Shown here one piece after another: positions 28,701-37,600 of a DNA stretch of 64,000 nucleotides. The notes beneath the pieces are model-generated. The model was given only the letters and a program-made list of their open reading frames with translations. It did not search any database and was not told the DNA's origin. Position numbers and translations under genes: made by a program. Every line of letters starts with the position of its first letter. The first letter of the stretch is position 1. The stretch comes from an uncultured Thermoplasmata archaeon (lineage in GTDB: Archaea > Thermoplasmatota > Thermoplasmata > SG8-5): assembly GCA_964354755.1 (NCBI GenBank), contig CAYHBA010000001.1, positions 320,706-384,705 of the forward strand, given 5' to 3'.

Positions 28701-30602
28701 CACCAGGGCGCCGGGTCAATATCGGCCACAGTCTGGGACCAGACCGGAGCGCCCGCAGCGGGAGTTCCGTGCCAGTTCTTCATACCGGTCATGGCCGAGG
28801 GCATACCCGCCATGATCGACGGCGGAGACCACTGGGAATGGTACGAGTACGGAGAGGACTGGGACCTCAACTGGCTGGGATCCAGCTATATCGGAAGCTG
28901 GCTTGGCGACAATGCAACCGTAACTGACGCCTTCGGACAGCTGAACGCGACCTTCACCACACCCTCATTCATCGCAGACAGCCTGATAGCGCTCGAATTC
29001 GGAATAGGCGGATACGGCGTCACAGAATCCTTCAACAGGACCGTCAACAACTTCTGGATGGAGTACCCAGGCCCCGGATATGCGACCCCACCGCTCACAG
29101 ACGATGCGGACGTCTACTACTGGGCACCGGCTGACTTCACACTGAAGGACTCCGGAATAGTGTTCAGAGCACCGGTTGCCGCACTGGCGAGCTTCGAGAT
29201 GGATACACCGATTCTGTCTGCAGCTGACCAGGCAGGCCTGTTCACCATGACCTTCATGGACCTGGGCGGGCCGCTCGCAGGCGCAGATGTCACCCTTGGC
29301 CTTGGAACCGCAAAGCCAACCTTCCTCGACGATGAGGTAACCGACGAAGACGGTATCTACACCTACATGTGGGACGCCGCGACAGCAGGATACGCCGACT
29401 TCGACGGAGCGCAGGGCTTCACAGCAACCATAACACAGGCAGACTACTCGCACTTCCCGTTCGCCTTCTACGCGCCATACGTTGCAAAAGGCAGCGAGCC
29501 GTCGAAGTTGATTGTGAACGCAACCACAACCACACCGACACTGGTCTACGGAACTAAGGCAAACATAACGGCCAAGATAACCGATGACTACGGCAACAAC
29601 ATCGTGAATGCGACCGTCATAATAGGCGGAACCGTTGTCATGTCCAGCGCCACAGGAGTTGCACAGGCACTCATCGACATACCCAAGGTAGAGGGCCTGC
29701 AGGCAATACCGGTGGTTGCGTTTAAATCCGGATACGACGGCGCAGACCAGCTGGTATACGTGCAGGTCTACGACGACGAGCTGTTCCTGGCCATCGAGTA
29801 CTGGAACCTCAGCGCACCGACAATTGTCACGGAGAACGTGTCATTCGAAATAGGCTTCACAGCCAAGAACAACGGAACGATTGCCGGATGGACGACATTC
29901 GAGTTCCTGGTCGACGGAGTTGTCAGGGAGACAATCTACCCGAGCTTCACGGCCGGGCAGACCAAGAACTTCGAGTTCGCATGGACTTTAACCGACTTGG
30001 CCAACCACACATTCACGGTGCGCCAGCAGAACAGGAGGGCTCTGTCCCCCTGGACACTGGCCGCCGCGAGCGACTTCGACGGCGACGGGATACGGGACCT
30101 GATTGACACCGACGACGACAACGACGGAGTCCTGGACACCGCAGACGCTTTCCCGATGGACCCGACTGAATGGGCGGATTTGGACGACGACGGAATCGGC
30201 GACAACACCGATACCGATGTCGACGGCGACGGCGTGCTGAACACTGCCGACGACTTCCCGTGGGACGCAGACGAGACACTTGACACGGACGGCGACGGAA
30301 TCGGCGATGCAGCAGACACTGACGATGACGGCGACGGAATCCTCGACGCAGAGGATGACGACCCGCTCACCCCGGCTGTTGTGGAAGCTGAATCGACCGG
30401 CTACGGCATGGCAATTGTCGCGGGAGCGGCAATCGCGATGCTGGTTGTCGGCCTGCTGATCGGCATGATAGTCGCCAAGATGATGGCCGGAAAGGCAGCC
30501 GAGACAGCTGCACCGAAGCCGGAGCCCCGACCGAAACCGGCCGAGGAACCGGTAGAGGAACCAGCAGAGGAAGTTCTGGAACCCGAGAAGCCAGAGGAAT
30601 AA
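25776..30602 (+). CDS. Giant ABC peptide substrate-binding protein (family 5) fused to Ig-like domains, thrombospondin type-3-like repeats and a C-terminal anchor
   Basis: Signal peptide and SBP-5 motifs (GVTFHDG..DVVFS, IGTGP, FRRAVAY) in aa 1-600, then a Gly linker, Ig-like T/V/N-rich repeats, DxDxDGxxD repeats, a TM and an E/P-rich tail. Confidence 0.88.
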   Translation: MKTTKVLSALVIGMMIVSSIPLFATAQSTSGELVIALQQDMTSMNPWDPDTNDVWKTFQIGWNFEGLMAYNPDYELYPVLAAPSATGPNGVDATITNGGMNISVNIRQGVTFHDGTAMDSQDVVFSYQTLGWGLFQTQVLGPLYWDDGTTFTRYDGGVCKIGVETNGTYRVDFRLNGNYAMFWYLTMAVPIMPHHIWNTHTIDMVPADYPAYNVTDEKSWDYSFGDDTTETTATIGTGPLMLQSWVKEQGSIIVPYTGYWDITGTTTWQSVNYPNYPQNVDKIRFKIYTQLDVAILALQNGDVHHLPWSLTPGYYNLLKTDPNIGIELNKDQGFFYMSYNFRKGAIADVNFRRAVAYCVDKQYIVDRLMGGYGIQGSVPMSVTNTYYVNTSVPAWIAGGDLNAAKALLDTNGYTDKNSDGWRDMPDGSPLKYNILTPPKDYDPIRADAGIMIEKNLKSIGLNIAAVPTSFDTIVSAAYVSLDFDMYILGWSVGSFPESYLRDFFHGDSDVAMNPAGSNAAGYHNATVDGMIDAMEEEMDTEARAQMIKDICGATMMDVPYDVLYYRTNIEAYRKDIWSGWVPAFGTIYNGFSVFNLGATPSSGGGEGGESGGTPGYSDGAADKVAFNGTMALDAVMTMPDSVSTDSSFVATVMVNEFYENTTTHVKDTRACVGANVQFIADIGQFANVTTGANGKANFVVDVDWANYGSINVFANASKGTFFKTMSQDITVNFIPATATLSLSAEHAVIAPGGNTNVTAKVTDINGDPMAGVTVSVDNNLMFGWSSSNASATNAGGEVLFVYHAPPTSMLPNTNRYEQFKATITVPGTIIPEVQATSLIIGIQNSVRDWYSIDITSVTEYVISGNLSGTLPLTTDVTATILNQAGTPVNGVKVNISVDNTIATPDALVKTTAGAGTVTFTLTAVDLGNNTQSTPVKVYNYTKAYATSDMFLLCNANETNTTTGYAADIDFDAMVEHQGAGSISATVWDQTGAPAAGVPCQFFIPVMAEGIPAMIDGGDHWEWYEYGEDWDLNWLGSSYIGSWLGDNATVTDAFGQLNATFTTPSFIADSLIALEFGIGGYGVTESFNRTVNNFWMEYPGPGYATPPLTDDADVYYWAPADFTLKDSGIVFRAPVAALASFEMDTPILSAADQAGLFTMTFMDLGGPLAGADVTLGLGTAKPTFLDDEVTDEDGIYTYMWDAATAGYADFDGAQGFTATITQADYSHFPFAFYAPYVAKGSEPSKLIVNATTTTPTLVYGTKANITAKITDDYGNNIVNATVIIGGTVVMSSATGVAQALIDIPKVEGLQAIPVVAFKSGYDGADQLVYVQVYDDELFLAIEYWNLSAPTIVTENVSFEIGFTAKNNGTIAGWTTFEFLVDGVVRETIYPSFTAGQTKNFEFAWTLTDLANHTFTVRQQNRRALSPWTLAAASDFDGDGIRDLIDTDDDNDGVLDTADAFPMDPTEWADLDDDGIGDNTDTDVDGDGVLNTADDFPWDADETLDTDGDGIGDAADTDDDGDGILDAEDDDPLTPAVVEAESTGYGMAIVAGAAIAMLVVGLLIGMIVAKMMAGKAAETAAPKPEPRPKPAEEPVEEPAEEVLEPEKPEE

Positions 30603-30614
30603 ACAGGAAACAAT

Positions 30615-30648
30615 GAGGGGGCGCAACGCCCCCTCCCTTTTCAATTTT
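30615..30648 (+). terminator. Hairpin plus T-rich tract after the binding-protein gene
   Basis: GAGGGGGCG-CAA-CGCCCCCTC followed by CCTTTTCAATTTT. Confidence 0.7.
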
Positions 30649-30686
30649 AATTATTTTGATAAATGCTGTTACAAATCGGGGCGTTC

Positions 30687-30826
30687 GCAAAATATGATAT
30701 GGGATTGTCACAGTCTTATTTTGCTTACACAGCCGAATTCATTCAGTTGACATAATAGGCTATCCATGAACCCGGCGTGCTCGAGACATATGCCATGAAT
30801 TCAATCCTGTCTTAAGTCTCTCGTCC
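30687..30826. repeat. Tandem three-hairpin array (family B, copy 2)
   Basis: GCAAAATA..TATTTTGC, GCCGAATTCAT..ATGAACCCGGC, linker GTGCTC and GAGAC..GTCTC; collinear with 577-715. Confidence 0.75.
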
Positions 30827-30982
30827 CTCCCTTTTCATATTTTCTATTATTTTCATTTCTCACAGGATGCAACGAATGGCACTGCTGGAACGCCAGGAGC
30901 ATGGAGGGCGAGCAGGCCAACACGGGCGTTTTAAACATGATTCTGGAATATCCATATATACTAAATATGTATAAACCACGGC

Positions 30983-31978
30983 ATGGCCAAAATGGGTCGG
31001 TATGTGGCCGGCAGACTTGTTCAGGGTTTGGTCACAATGATCATCGTGACCAGCATCATATTCATTCTCTTCGAAGCCATGCCCGGCGACCCTCTGGACA
31101 AGTTCAGGGCGAATCCGAACACAACTCCAGCGGATTTGGCAAGGCTTGAACGCATGTACGGTCTGGACCAACCCGTTTATGTGAGGTATTTCAGGTTCAT
31201 GGGGAACATGTTCACATTCCACTTCGGGGATTCATATTCCAAAGGCGCGCCTGTTTCCGACCTGATCGCCCAGAAAGCTCCGAGGACGCTCGCGCTGTTC
31301 GGCACCGGGGCGATATTATCGTACATCATCGGTGTGGCTATCGGGTCCTACATTGCATGGAGGAGAGGCGGCATCGCCGAGGGGTCCATCATCACCAGCT
31401 CGCTGTTTTTCTACAATATGCCAACCTTCTGGATCGGCCTGATAATGATATGGGTGTTCGCCTATTACTGGCAGCTGTTCCCTCTTGGCGGTTTCACAGG
31501 AATGGAGGAGACAATTGCCCAGTTCGGGCTCACAGGTTCCGAGTCCTATGCGGGGCTTCTTGATTTCCTCTGGCATATGGCTCTGCCTTTGTTCGTCGAG
31601 GTTCTTATCGGGGTTGCGGGTGTCATCCTGCTCATGAGAACCTCTCTGTTAGAGGTCATGAGGGAGGATTACATACTCACCGCCAAGGCGAAGGGCCTGA
31701 AAGAAAGGCAGGTGAGGATAAAGCATGCCAACAGGAACGCCTACCTTCCGATTGTCACATCCCTCACCCTGACAATGGCTTCGGTGCTCGGCGGGGCCGT
31801 GATTTTCGAACAGGTGTTCTCCTACCCGGGCATGGGGCTGCTCTACCTTGAGGCCCTGTACAACCAGGATGTTTTCCTTTCAGGCGCTATTCTCTTCATC
31901 CTTTCCCTGCTCGTGATAATTGCCAATCTGATTGCCGATCTTCTTTACGGGTTCCTTGACCCGAGGGTGAGGTATTGA
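30983..31978 (+). CDS. oppB: Oligopeptide ABC permease OppB/DppB
   Basis: MPGDP, YGLDQP and EDYILTAKAKGL (EAA loop) motifs; ends LDPRVRY. Confidence 0.92.
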   Translation: MAKMGRYVAGRLVQGLVTMIIVTSIIFILFEAMPGDPLDKFRANPNTTPADLARLERMYGLDQPVYVRYFRFMGNMFTFHFGDSYSKGAPVSDLIAQKAPRTLALFGTGAILSYIIGVAIGSYIAWRRGGIAEGSIITSSLFFYNMPTFWIGLIMIWVFAYYWQLFPLGGFTGMEETIAQFGLTGSESYAGLLDFLWHMALPLFVEVLIGVAGVILLMRTSLLEVMREDYILTAKAKGLKERQVRIKHANRNAYLPIVTSLTLTMASVLGGAVIFEQVFSYPGMGLLYLEALYNQDVFLSGAILFILSLLVIIANLIADLLYGFLDPRVRY

Positions 31979-31979
31979 C

Positions 31980-34292
31980 ATGACAGTAACGGTCACCTCC
32001 AAAGTGAAATTGTACATGCGAAATACCCTCCTCCTCACAAAGAAAGCGCTCTTGCTCATCAAAGGCAGCAAGCTGGGCATAGCGGGACTCGGCATCATTT
32101 TCGCATTCGTGTTCATGGCAGTATTCGCTCCCTGGCTGGCTCCATACGACCCGGCTTTCATCGCACCCGCCGAGGATATATTCAATATCGACAGGATTGT
32201 AATTAATTATTCCGCATCGGACGGGTATCACCCGATGGTCATCGGGCCGACCACTCCCGGGGAATCCTCGATGGAAGGCGGGACATGGTTCATCCTGGCT
32301 AACAGCAATGGCAGTATTAGAATGGATTTCGCCATAAAGTCCCAGACAGAGGATCCGTTCACAAGAGGGAATATTAGCATCGTACTTGACATAGCCGCCC
32401 TTGGGCTGGATACCCCCCTCTCTGAGGTATTGTATATCACTCCGGCGAGAGGGTATAACAATAGCTATGCCAATGCCCCGACCTATGGCGAGAGGGTGAT
32501 GGCCGGGCTCCTGGCCTTCATGGCAAATGATTCTTTTGTGATACTTGACCCATTTACTGACACTGTGCTCTATCAAGAGAGTGTCGGTTTCGAGCCTATC
32601 TGGTTCAACCAGGACACGACCTCCGCGGCCAACATGCTCAATCCGCCGACTCAGAAAAAAATCACTACAGGCTGGTTTCCGTCGCTGGAAGGACCTATGA
32701 GATACCTCACCTTGGCTGATGACAGCCACATCCTTACGTACGAGTTCGAATATTGCTGGAACAGCAGGGGCATAGGCCCTGTCCAAAAATTGCTCGATCA
32801 GAACCTGACCGTGGCAGAGGAGCCGCTGGCCTATACATTCGACAATCCCAAGTACAGGGACAATGTCACAGGAATTTATGTGCCCACTGCCAACGGAACC
32901 CTGAACTTCTACAACACAACCACGAACGGGACGCCCCAGTATGCCGTACAACTGAACGCCAGCGGGGCTGTGGCTCAGTTCACCGGTCCGATGGGATTCT
33001 TCAGGAGCCCTGACTCTTTCCCGAGGGTGTACATCCCGACGGGTGCAAACGGCGATTTCTCGGTCAAAGTACTTGACCCAACACAGTTCCAAAACACCAC
33101 AACGAAAGGCTTGATAGGCGACTTCGCCGGGGCAGACGGAGAAGTGACGCTTGCCCCCACGTCAGCCGTGACTGGCAACGTCTATGTCACAGTCAACTAT
33201 ATTGCGGACGACGGAACGCCCTACAGTGCCGTCTACCGCATCAATTCCAACGGGACCGTGGACCCGAACTTCCTCGGAAAAATGGAAGCTGTCGCCGTGA
33301 CCGTCTTCCCGGTGGAATCGGCATCCCTTATCTACGCCATGGACACGCAGGGGACAGTGTGGGCTTCGCAGAGCATTTCGTCCGTTGACACGCCCTATGC
33401 TGACAGGGGCATGAAGGAGAAATTCAACACCGGCTCAGCCCAGACCCAGTTCGTGTACTTCGGCAGCTTCGGCGGCACGAAATACAGCACGACCACGACC
33501 TCGGAGGAAATTTACGTCATGTTCTACAACCCAGATGAGGATACAATGACAATTTTCCAGGCCACAGGCACTTCGCTGGGCGCCCTTCCGCCCGGAACCT
33601 ACCCGTCCGGCAACAGGTACTACCTGGGCACGGACAATGTGGGCCATGACATACTCACGCTCCTGATATACGGCAGCCGCGTGGCCTTGTACGTAGGCCT
33701 GACAGCGGCCTTCTTCTCGGTCGTCGTCGGAACACTGGTCGGGCTTGTCTCCGGATATTACGGGGGCATGATTGACGTGGTTCTGATGAGGATCACGGAC
33801 ATTGCCCTGAGCCTGCCCTTCCTGCCCATAGTCCTGATTTGGGGACAGATATGGGGCCCGTCCATGACAAATATAGTCATAATCCTGGCCCTCTTTGGTT
33901 GGCCCGGAATAACCCGTGTTGTTCGAGCACAGACACTCTCCCTGAAGGAAAGGTCGTTCATCGACGCGGCCAGGGTCTCAGGTTCGAGCGACACCAAGAT
34001 AATAATGAAGCACATAGCGCCGAACGTTCTTCCGTTCACGTTCCTTTACATGACCCTGTTCGTGGCCGGAGCCATCCTCACTGAGGCGGCGCTCAGCTAC
34101 CTGGCCCTCGGCGACCCGAAGAGCATATCATGGGGAAACATGCTGTCCACCATCCAGACTAGCGGTAGCTCTCTCATTGCCCCCTGGTGGCTGCTGCCGC
34201 CCGGCCTCTGCATCACCATTCTCTCAATGGGATTCTATCTGCTGGGCAGGGGAGTGGACGAGATTATCAATCCCAGGCTGAGGAGGCGCTGA
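31980..34292 (+). CDS. oppC: Oligopeptide ABC permease OppC/DppC with a large inserted extracellular domain
   Basis: APWLAPYDP at aa ~50, LGTDNVGHD at aa ~550, FIDAARVSG and INPRLR; 770 aa. Confidence 0.88.
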   Translation: MTVTVTSKVKLYMRNTLLLTKKALLLIKGSKLGIAGLGIIFAFVFMAVFAPWLAPYDPAFIAPAEDIFNIDRIVINYSASDGYHPMVIGPTTPGESSMEGGTWFILANSNGSIRMDFAIKSQTEDPFTRGNISIVLDIAALGLDTPLSEVLYITPARGYNNSYANAPTYGERVMAGLLAFMANDSFVILDPFTDTVLYQESVGFEPIWFNQDTTSAANMLNPPTQKKITTGWFPSLEGPMRYLTLADDSHILTYEFEYCWNSRGIGPVQKLLDQNLTVAEEPLAYTFDNPKYRDNVTGIYVPTANGTLNFYNTTTNGTPQYAVQLNASGAVAQFTGPMGFFRSPDSFPRVYIPTGANGDFSVKVLDPTQFQNTTTKGLIGDFAGADGEVTLAPTSAVTGNVYVTVNYIADDGTPYSAVYRINSNGTVDPNFLGKMEAVAVTVFPVESASLIYAMDTQGTVWASQSISSVDTPYADRGMKEKFNTGSAQTQFVYFGSFGGTKYSTTTTSEEIYVMFYNPDEDTMTIFQATGTSLGALPPGTYPSGNRYYLGTDNVGHDILTLLIYGSRVALYVGLTAAFFSVVVGTLVGLVSGYYGGMIDVVLMRITDIALSLPFLPIVLIWGQIWGPSMTNIVIILALFGWPGITRVVRAQTLSLKERSFIDAARVSGSSDTKIIMKHIAPNVLPFTFLYMTLFVAGAILTEAALSYLALGDPKSISWGNMLSTIQTSGSSLIAPWWLLPPGLCITILSMGFYLLGRGVDEIINPRLRRR

Positions 34293-34293
34293 T

Positions 34294-35301
34294 ATGGCCC
34301 TGCTCGAGGTCAAGAACCTCACTATGCATTTCAAGGTCACGGACGGCTGGGTTTATGCCGTGGAGGATGTGAATTTCACTCTGGAATCAGGAGAGACCCT
34401 GGGCCTGGTGGGCGAATCCGGCTGCGGCAAGACCACTCTGGGATATGGCATATCGCAGCTCCTGCCGGACAATGCCTACATCAAGGGCGGCCAGATATTT
34501 TTCAAGGGCCAGGACATTCTGACGCCCAGCGTGAAGAAGAACGGTACGCTGGACGGGTACAGGGCGGAGATCAGGGAGCTCAGGTGGAAGGAGATATCCA
34601 TGATATTCCAGGGAGCCATGAACGCCTTCAACCCGGTGCAGAGAATCGACGACCAGATCATCGAGGCCATCCGCGTCCACGAGAAAGTCACGAGGCAGGA
34701 AGCCGAGGCCAGGGTGATTGAACTCTACAAGCTTGTGGGCATCCCCCAGGACAGGATAGACAATTACCCGCACGAGTACAGCGGCGGAATGCGCCAGAGG
34801 GCCATGATAGCCATGGCCTTGGTTCACAACCCGAGCCTGATAATCGCGGACGAGCCCACAACGGCACTGGACGTCATCATGCAGAGGCGCATCCTAAGTG
34901 AGATCGAGAAAATCCAGAAAAAATTCAACATGGCCATGATAATCATCACGCACGATGTGTCTGTTGTGGCCAATGTGGCTGACAAGATTGCCGTCATGTA
35001 CGCCGGCCGCATCATGGAGTACGGCAGCATAAAGGACGTGTTCAAGCGCTCGGCCAACCCTTATACCAAGGCCCTGTTCGGCGGTTTCCCCAACCTAAAA
35101 GGCGAGAAGAAGCGCATCGCCAGCATACCGGGCAACCCGCCCAGCCTGGTCGAGCCGCCCAGCGGGTGCAGGTTCCACCCGCGCTGCAAGTATGCCAAGG
35201 AGATATGCAAAAAAGAGAAGCCGAAAGTAATCACCTTCCGAAATGGCCAGCGGTCGCTATGCCATTTCGCCAGGGAGGTTCAGGCGGGAGGTGCGGTCTG
35301 A
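34294..35301 (+). CDS. oppD: Oligopeptide ABC ATP-binding protein
   Basis: [29 protein letters not shown] and GCRFHPRC motifs. Confidence 0.93.
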   Translation: MALLEVKNLTMHFKVTDGWVYAVEDVNFTLESGETLGLVGESGCGKTTLGYGISQLLPDNAYIKGGQIFFKGQDILTPSVKKNGTLDGYRAEIRELRWKEISMIFQGAMNAFNPVQRIDDQIIEAIRVHEKVTRQEAEARVIELYKLVGIPQDRIDNYPHEYSGGMRQRAMIAMALVHNPSLIIADEPTTALDVIMQRRILSEIEKIQKKFNMAMIIITHDVSVVANVADKIAVMYAGRIMEYGSIKDVFKRSANPYTKALFGGFPNLKGEKKRIASIPGNPPSLVEPPSGCRFHPRCKYAKEICKKEKPKVITFRNGQRSLCHFAREVQAGGAV

Positions 35302-36347
35302 TGGGCGAGCCCATACTTCACATCCGGAACCTGAAGAAGTACTACGAGATTCGGCAGGGCCTGCTGGCTTTCAGGGCCAAGCCAATTCATGTCAAGGCCG
35401 TCGACGATGTCACCTTCACAATCAACAAAGGCGAGATATACGGCCTGGTGGGCGAGTCCGGCTGCGGCAAAACCACGACAGGAAGATGCATCTCCAGGCT
35501 CGAGGACCCCACTGACGGGAGCATCCTGTTCAGGGACAGCGACATAGCCAAAATACCAAAGAAGGAGCTGAGGGGCTTCAGGAAGAACATGCAGATGATA
35601 TTCCAGGACCCTTACGAATCCCTGAATCCGAGATTCACCGTGTTCCAGGCTGTCGCCGACCCGCTCACAGTCCATGCCAGGGAGCAAAACATCGAGGAAA
35701 GGCTGGACGCGGTCGTGAAGGCGCTGGAGGACGCGGGGCTGAAGAACCCCCAGGACCTGCTGGAGCGGTTCCCGCACGAACTGAGCGGCGGGCAGAGGCA
35801 GAGGGTCGCGATAGCGCGGGCGCTGGTCGTGGACCCCAAATTCATTGTGGCGGACGAGCCTGTTTCCATGCTCGACATCTCGATACGCGCAGGGGTCATG
35901 AACCTGATGCTTGACATCAAGGACAAGTTCCACATCGCCTACCTGTTCGTGACGCATGATGTCGCCATAGCCAGATACATGTCCGATAACCTGGGTGTGA
36001 TGTATCTGGGCAACATGGTGGAATCCGCGGAAACGGACGAACTCATCAACAATGCCACTCATCCCTACACAAGGGCTCTGCTGTCTGCGGTACCCATCCC
36101 GGACCCGGACTACGAATGGGTCGACGTGCCAATCAAAGGGGACATACCGAGCCCAATCAACCTGCCCACTGGATGCAGGTTCCATCCCAGATGCGTCTGG
36201 GCAAAGGGCATCTGCAAGGAAAAGGACCCGGCGGCCATCGAAGTGAGAACCGGCCATTTCGTCAAATGCCATTTCGCGGCCGACCTCTTCGGGACCAACG
36301 AGCCCCTGCCAAATGTTCCGTCCGGAGACGAGGATGCCGCCCGATAA
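35301..36347 (+). CDS. oppF: Oligopeptide ABC ATP-binding protein
   Basis: [20 protein letters not shown] and ADEPVSMLD motifs; ATG 35301 overlaps the oppD stop after GGAGGTG. Confidence 0.93.
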   Translation: MGEPILHIRNLKKYYEIRQGLLAFRAKPIHVKAVDDVTFTINKGEIYGLVGESGCGKTTTGRCISRLEDPTDGSILFRDSDIAKIPKKELRGFRKNMQMIFQDPYESLNPRFTVFQAVADPLTVHAREQNIEERLDAVVKALEDAGLKNPQDLLERFPHELSGGQRQRVAIARALVVDPKFIVADEPVSMLDISIRAGVMNLMLDIKDKFHIAYLFVTHDVAIARYMSDNLGVMYLGNMVESAETDELINNATHPYTRALLSAVPIPDPDYEWVDVPIKGDIPSPINLPTGCRFHPRCVWAKGICKEKDPAAIEVRTGHFVKCHFAADLFGTNEPLPNVPSGDEDAAR

Positions 36348-37020
36348 CAGGGCCGGCAACCCGATATTCTCGGGAAAGCGGCTTGCCTGGGTTCTGATTT
36401 CCCTGGTCTGCGGCATTTCGCTTGCCCTTTCCGCATTCTCTGCAGACAACTACGTGGACATAGCCAAGGCCAAGATACTATCGTATGTGGAAACCACGGA
36501 TACAATGTCATTGAAATTCGACGGGAACGGAACCCTGAGCTCGGTGAACCTGACCCTCGAATTCAGGATAGTGAATCCGAGCGACAAGGAACTTAGGACC
36601 TGGATTCTGACTTACAAAGGCTGGCTCAGGGACACGCCCATGGAGGACGGCACCGACACAAGCCGGTGGATGATAGACGGCCGGCTGGACAACGAAGGAG
36701 CGGAGATGAGGCTCTACCCGGTCTTCGTCACCACCTATTCGCTGGACAATCCGTCGGTTATTGTCCCGGCCAGGTCGGAGATCATTGTCACGAGGTGGCT
36801 GGATGTAAACAGGGACAATTATCCGGACATAATGTCGAACATCGCAGACATCTACACCCATGCAGCATCAGAGGGGCAGGAATTGGAATGGATGCATTAC
36901 ACAAGTTCGATCCTGTTCATCCAGGGCGTCGAGCAATACGCTGGACCAAATCACGACGCGAACCTGATAAGGAGATTCGAGGGATTCGACCTCACGCCCG
37001 GGGTGGGGGGTGCGGGTTGA
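36334..37020 (+). CDS. Membrane-anchored hypothetical protein (opp operon tail)
   Basis: N-terminal TM and 'LTLEFRIVNPS' motif; overlaps the oppF end. Confidence 0.65.
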   Translation: MPPDNRAGNPIFSGKRLAWVLISLVCGISLALSAFSADNYVDIAKAKILSYVETTDTMSLKFDGNGTLSSVNLTLEFRIVNPSDKELRTWILTYKGWLRDTPMEDGTDTSRWMIDGRLDNEGAEMRLYPVFVTTYSLDNPSVIVPARSEIIVTRWLDVNRDNYPDIMSNIADIYTHAASEGQELEWMHYTSSILFIQGVEQYAGPNHDANLIRRFEGFDLTPGVGGAG

Positions 37021-37451
37021 CATTCCCTGCTCTGGCTTTCGATGGGAAAAAGCTCAGGAACATTGCCGCCCAGACAGCCATGTACTTCATGCTGGGCACC
37101 TTCATTGGGTTTTTATTCTTCTACGACGTGTTCAACTACTACTGCGCGCCCTTTAGCGCAAGCTTGCCCTCGTGGGTCCTGGCCGCGTTCCTGCTCTTTC
37201 CCGGAGTCATCGCCTGTTACCTGTACCCGGACATAATCCATGTCATGCTTTCCGCAATCCTGCTCCCTCTTTCAGGGGCAATGTTCTGCTTCCTGCTGTT
37301 CGTCAGCCCCGCATTCTCAGCTGACATTGTCGGGACATTCTCGGACTGGCTATTTGAATTGGCCAGATTCATCCTGCCTGATGTAATTCTTGCATGTGCC
37401 GTGACTTTCACCACAGGGTTTGTATCCCTCTATGTGTTTGACACAGATTGA
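37017..37451 (+). CDS. Hypothetical four-TM membrane protein (opp operon tail)
   Basis: TTG start overlaps the upstream TGA; four hydrophobic segments. Confidence 0.65.
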   Translation: MTFPALAFDGKKLRNIAAQTAMYFMLGTFIGFLFFYDVFNYYCAPFSASLPSWVLAAFLLFPGVIACYLYPDIIHVMLSAILLPLSGAMFCFLLFVSPAFSADIVGTFSDWLFELARFILPDVILACAVTFTTGFVSLYVFDTD

Positions 37452-37600
37452 ACATGGACAATCGGTGGAAAATTATATAAGCAGAACGATTGTTCCAGGC
37501 GGTGACGAACGGCGCAGAACCGGGTATGGCTCATTGAGTAGAATGTTGCCCGGAACATGCAGCGGAGGCCAACGAGTCATCACCAAGGGCGGCGCTTTGC

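Noticed and set aside
30070..30363. GAC-rich DNA repeats as a non-coding array
   Set aside because: They are in-frame codons of the Asp-rich DxDxDG repeats of the binding protein.
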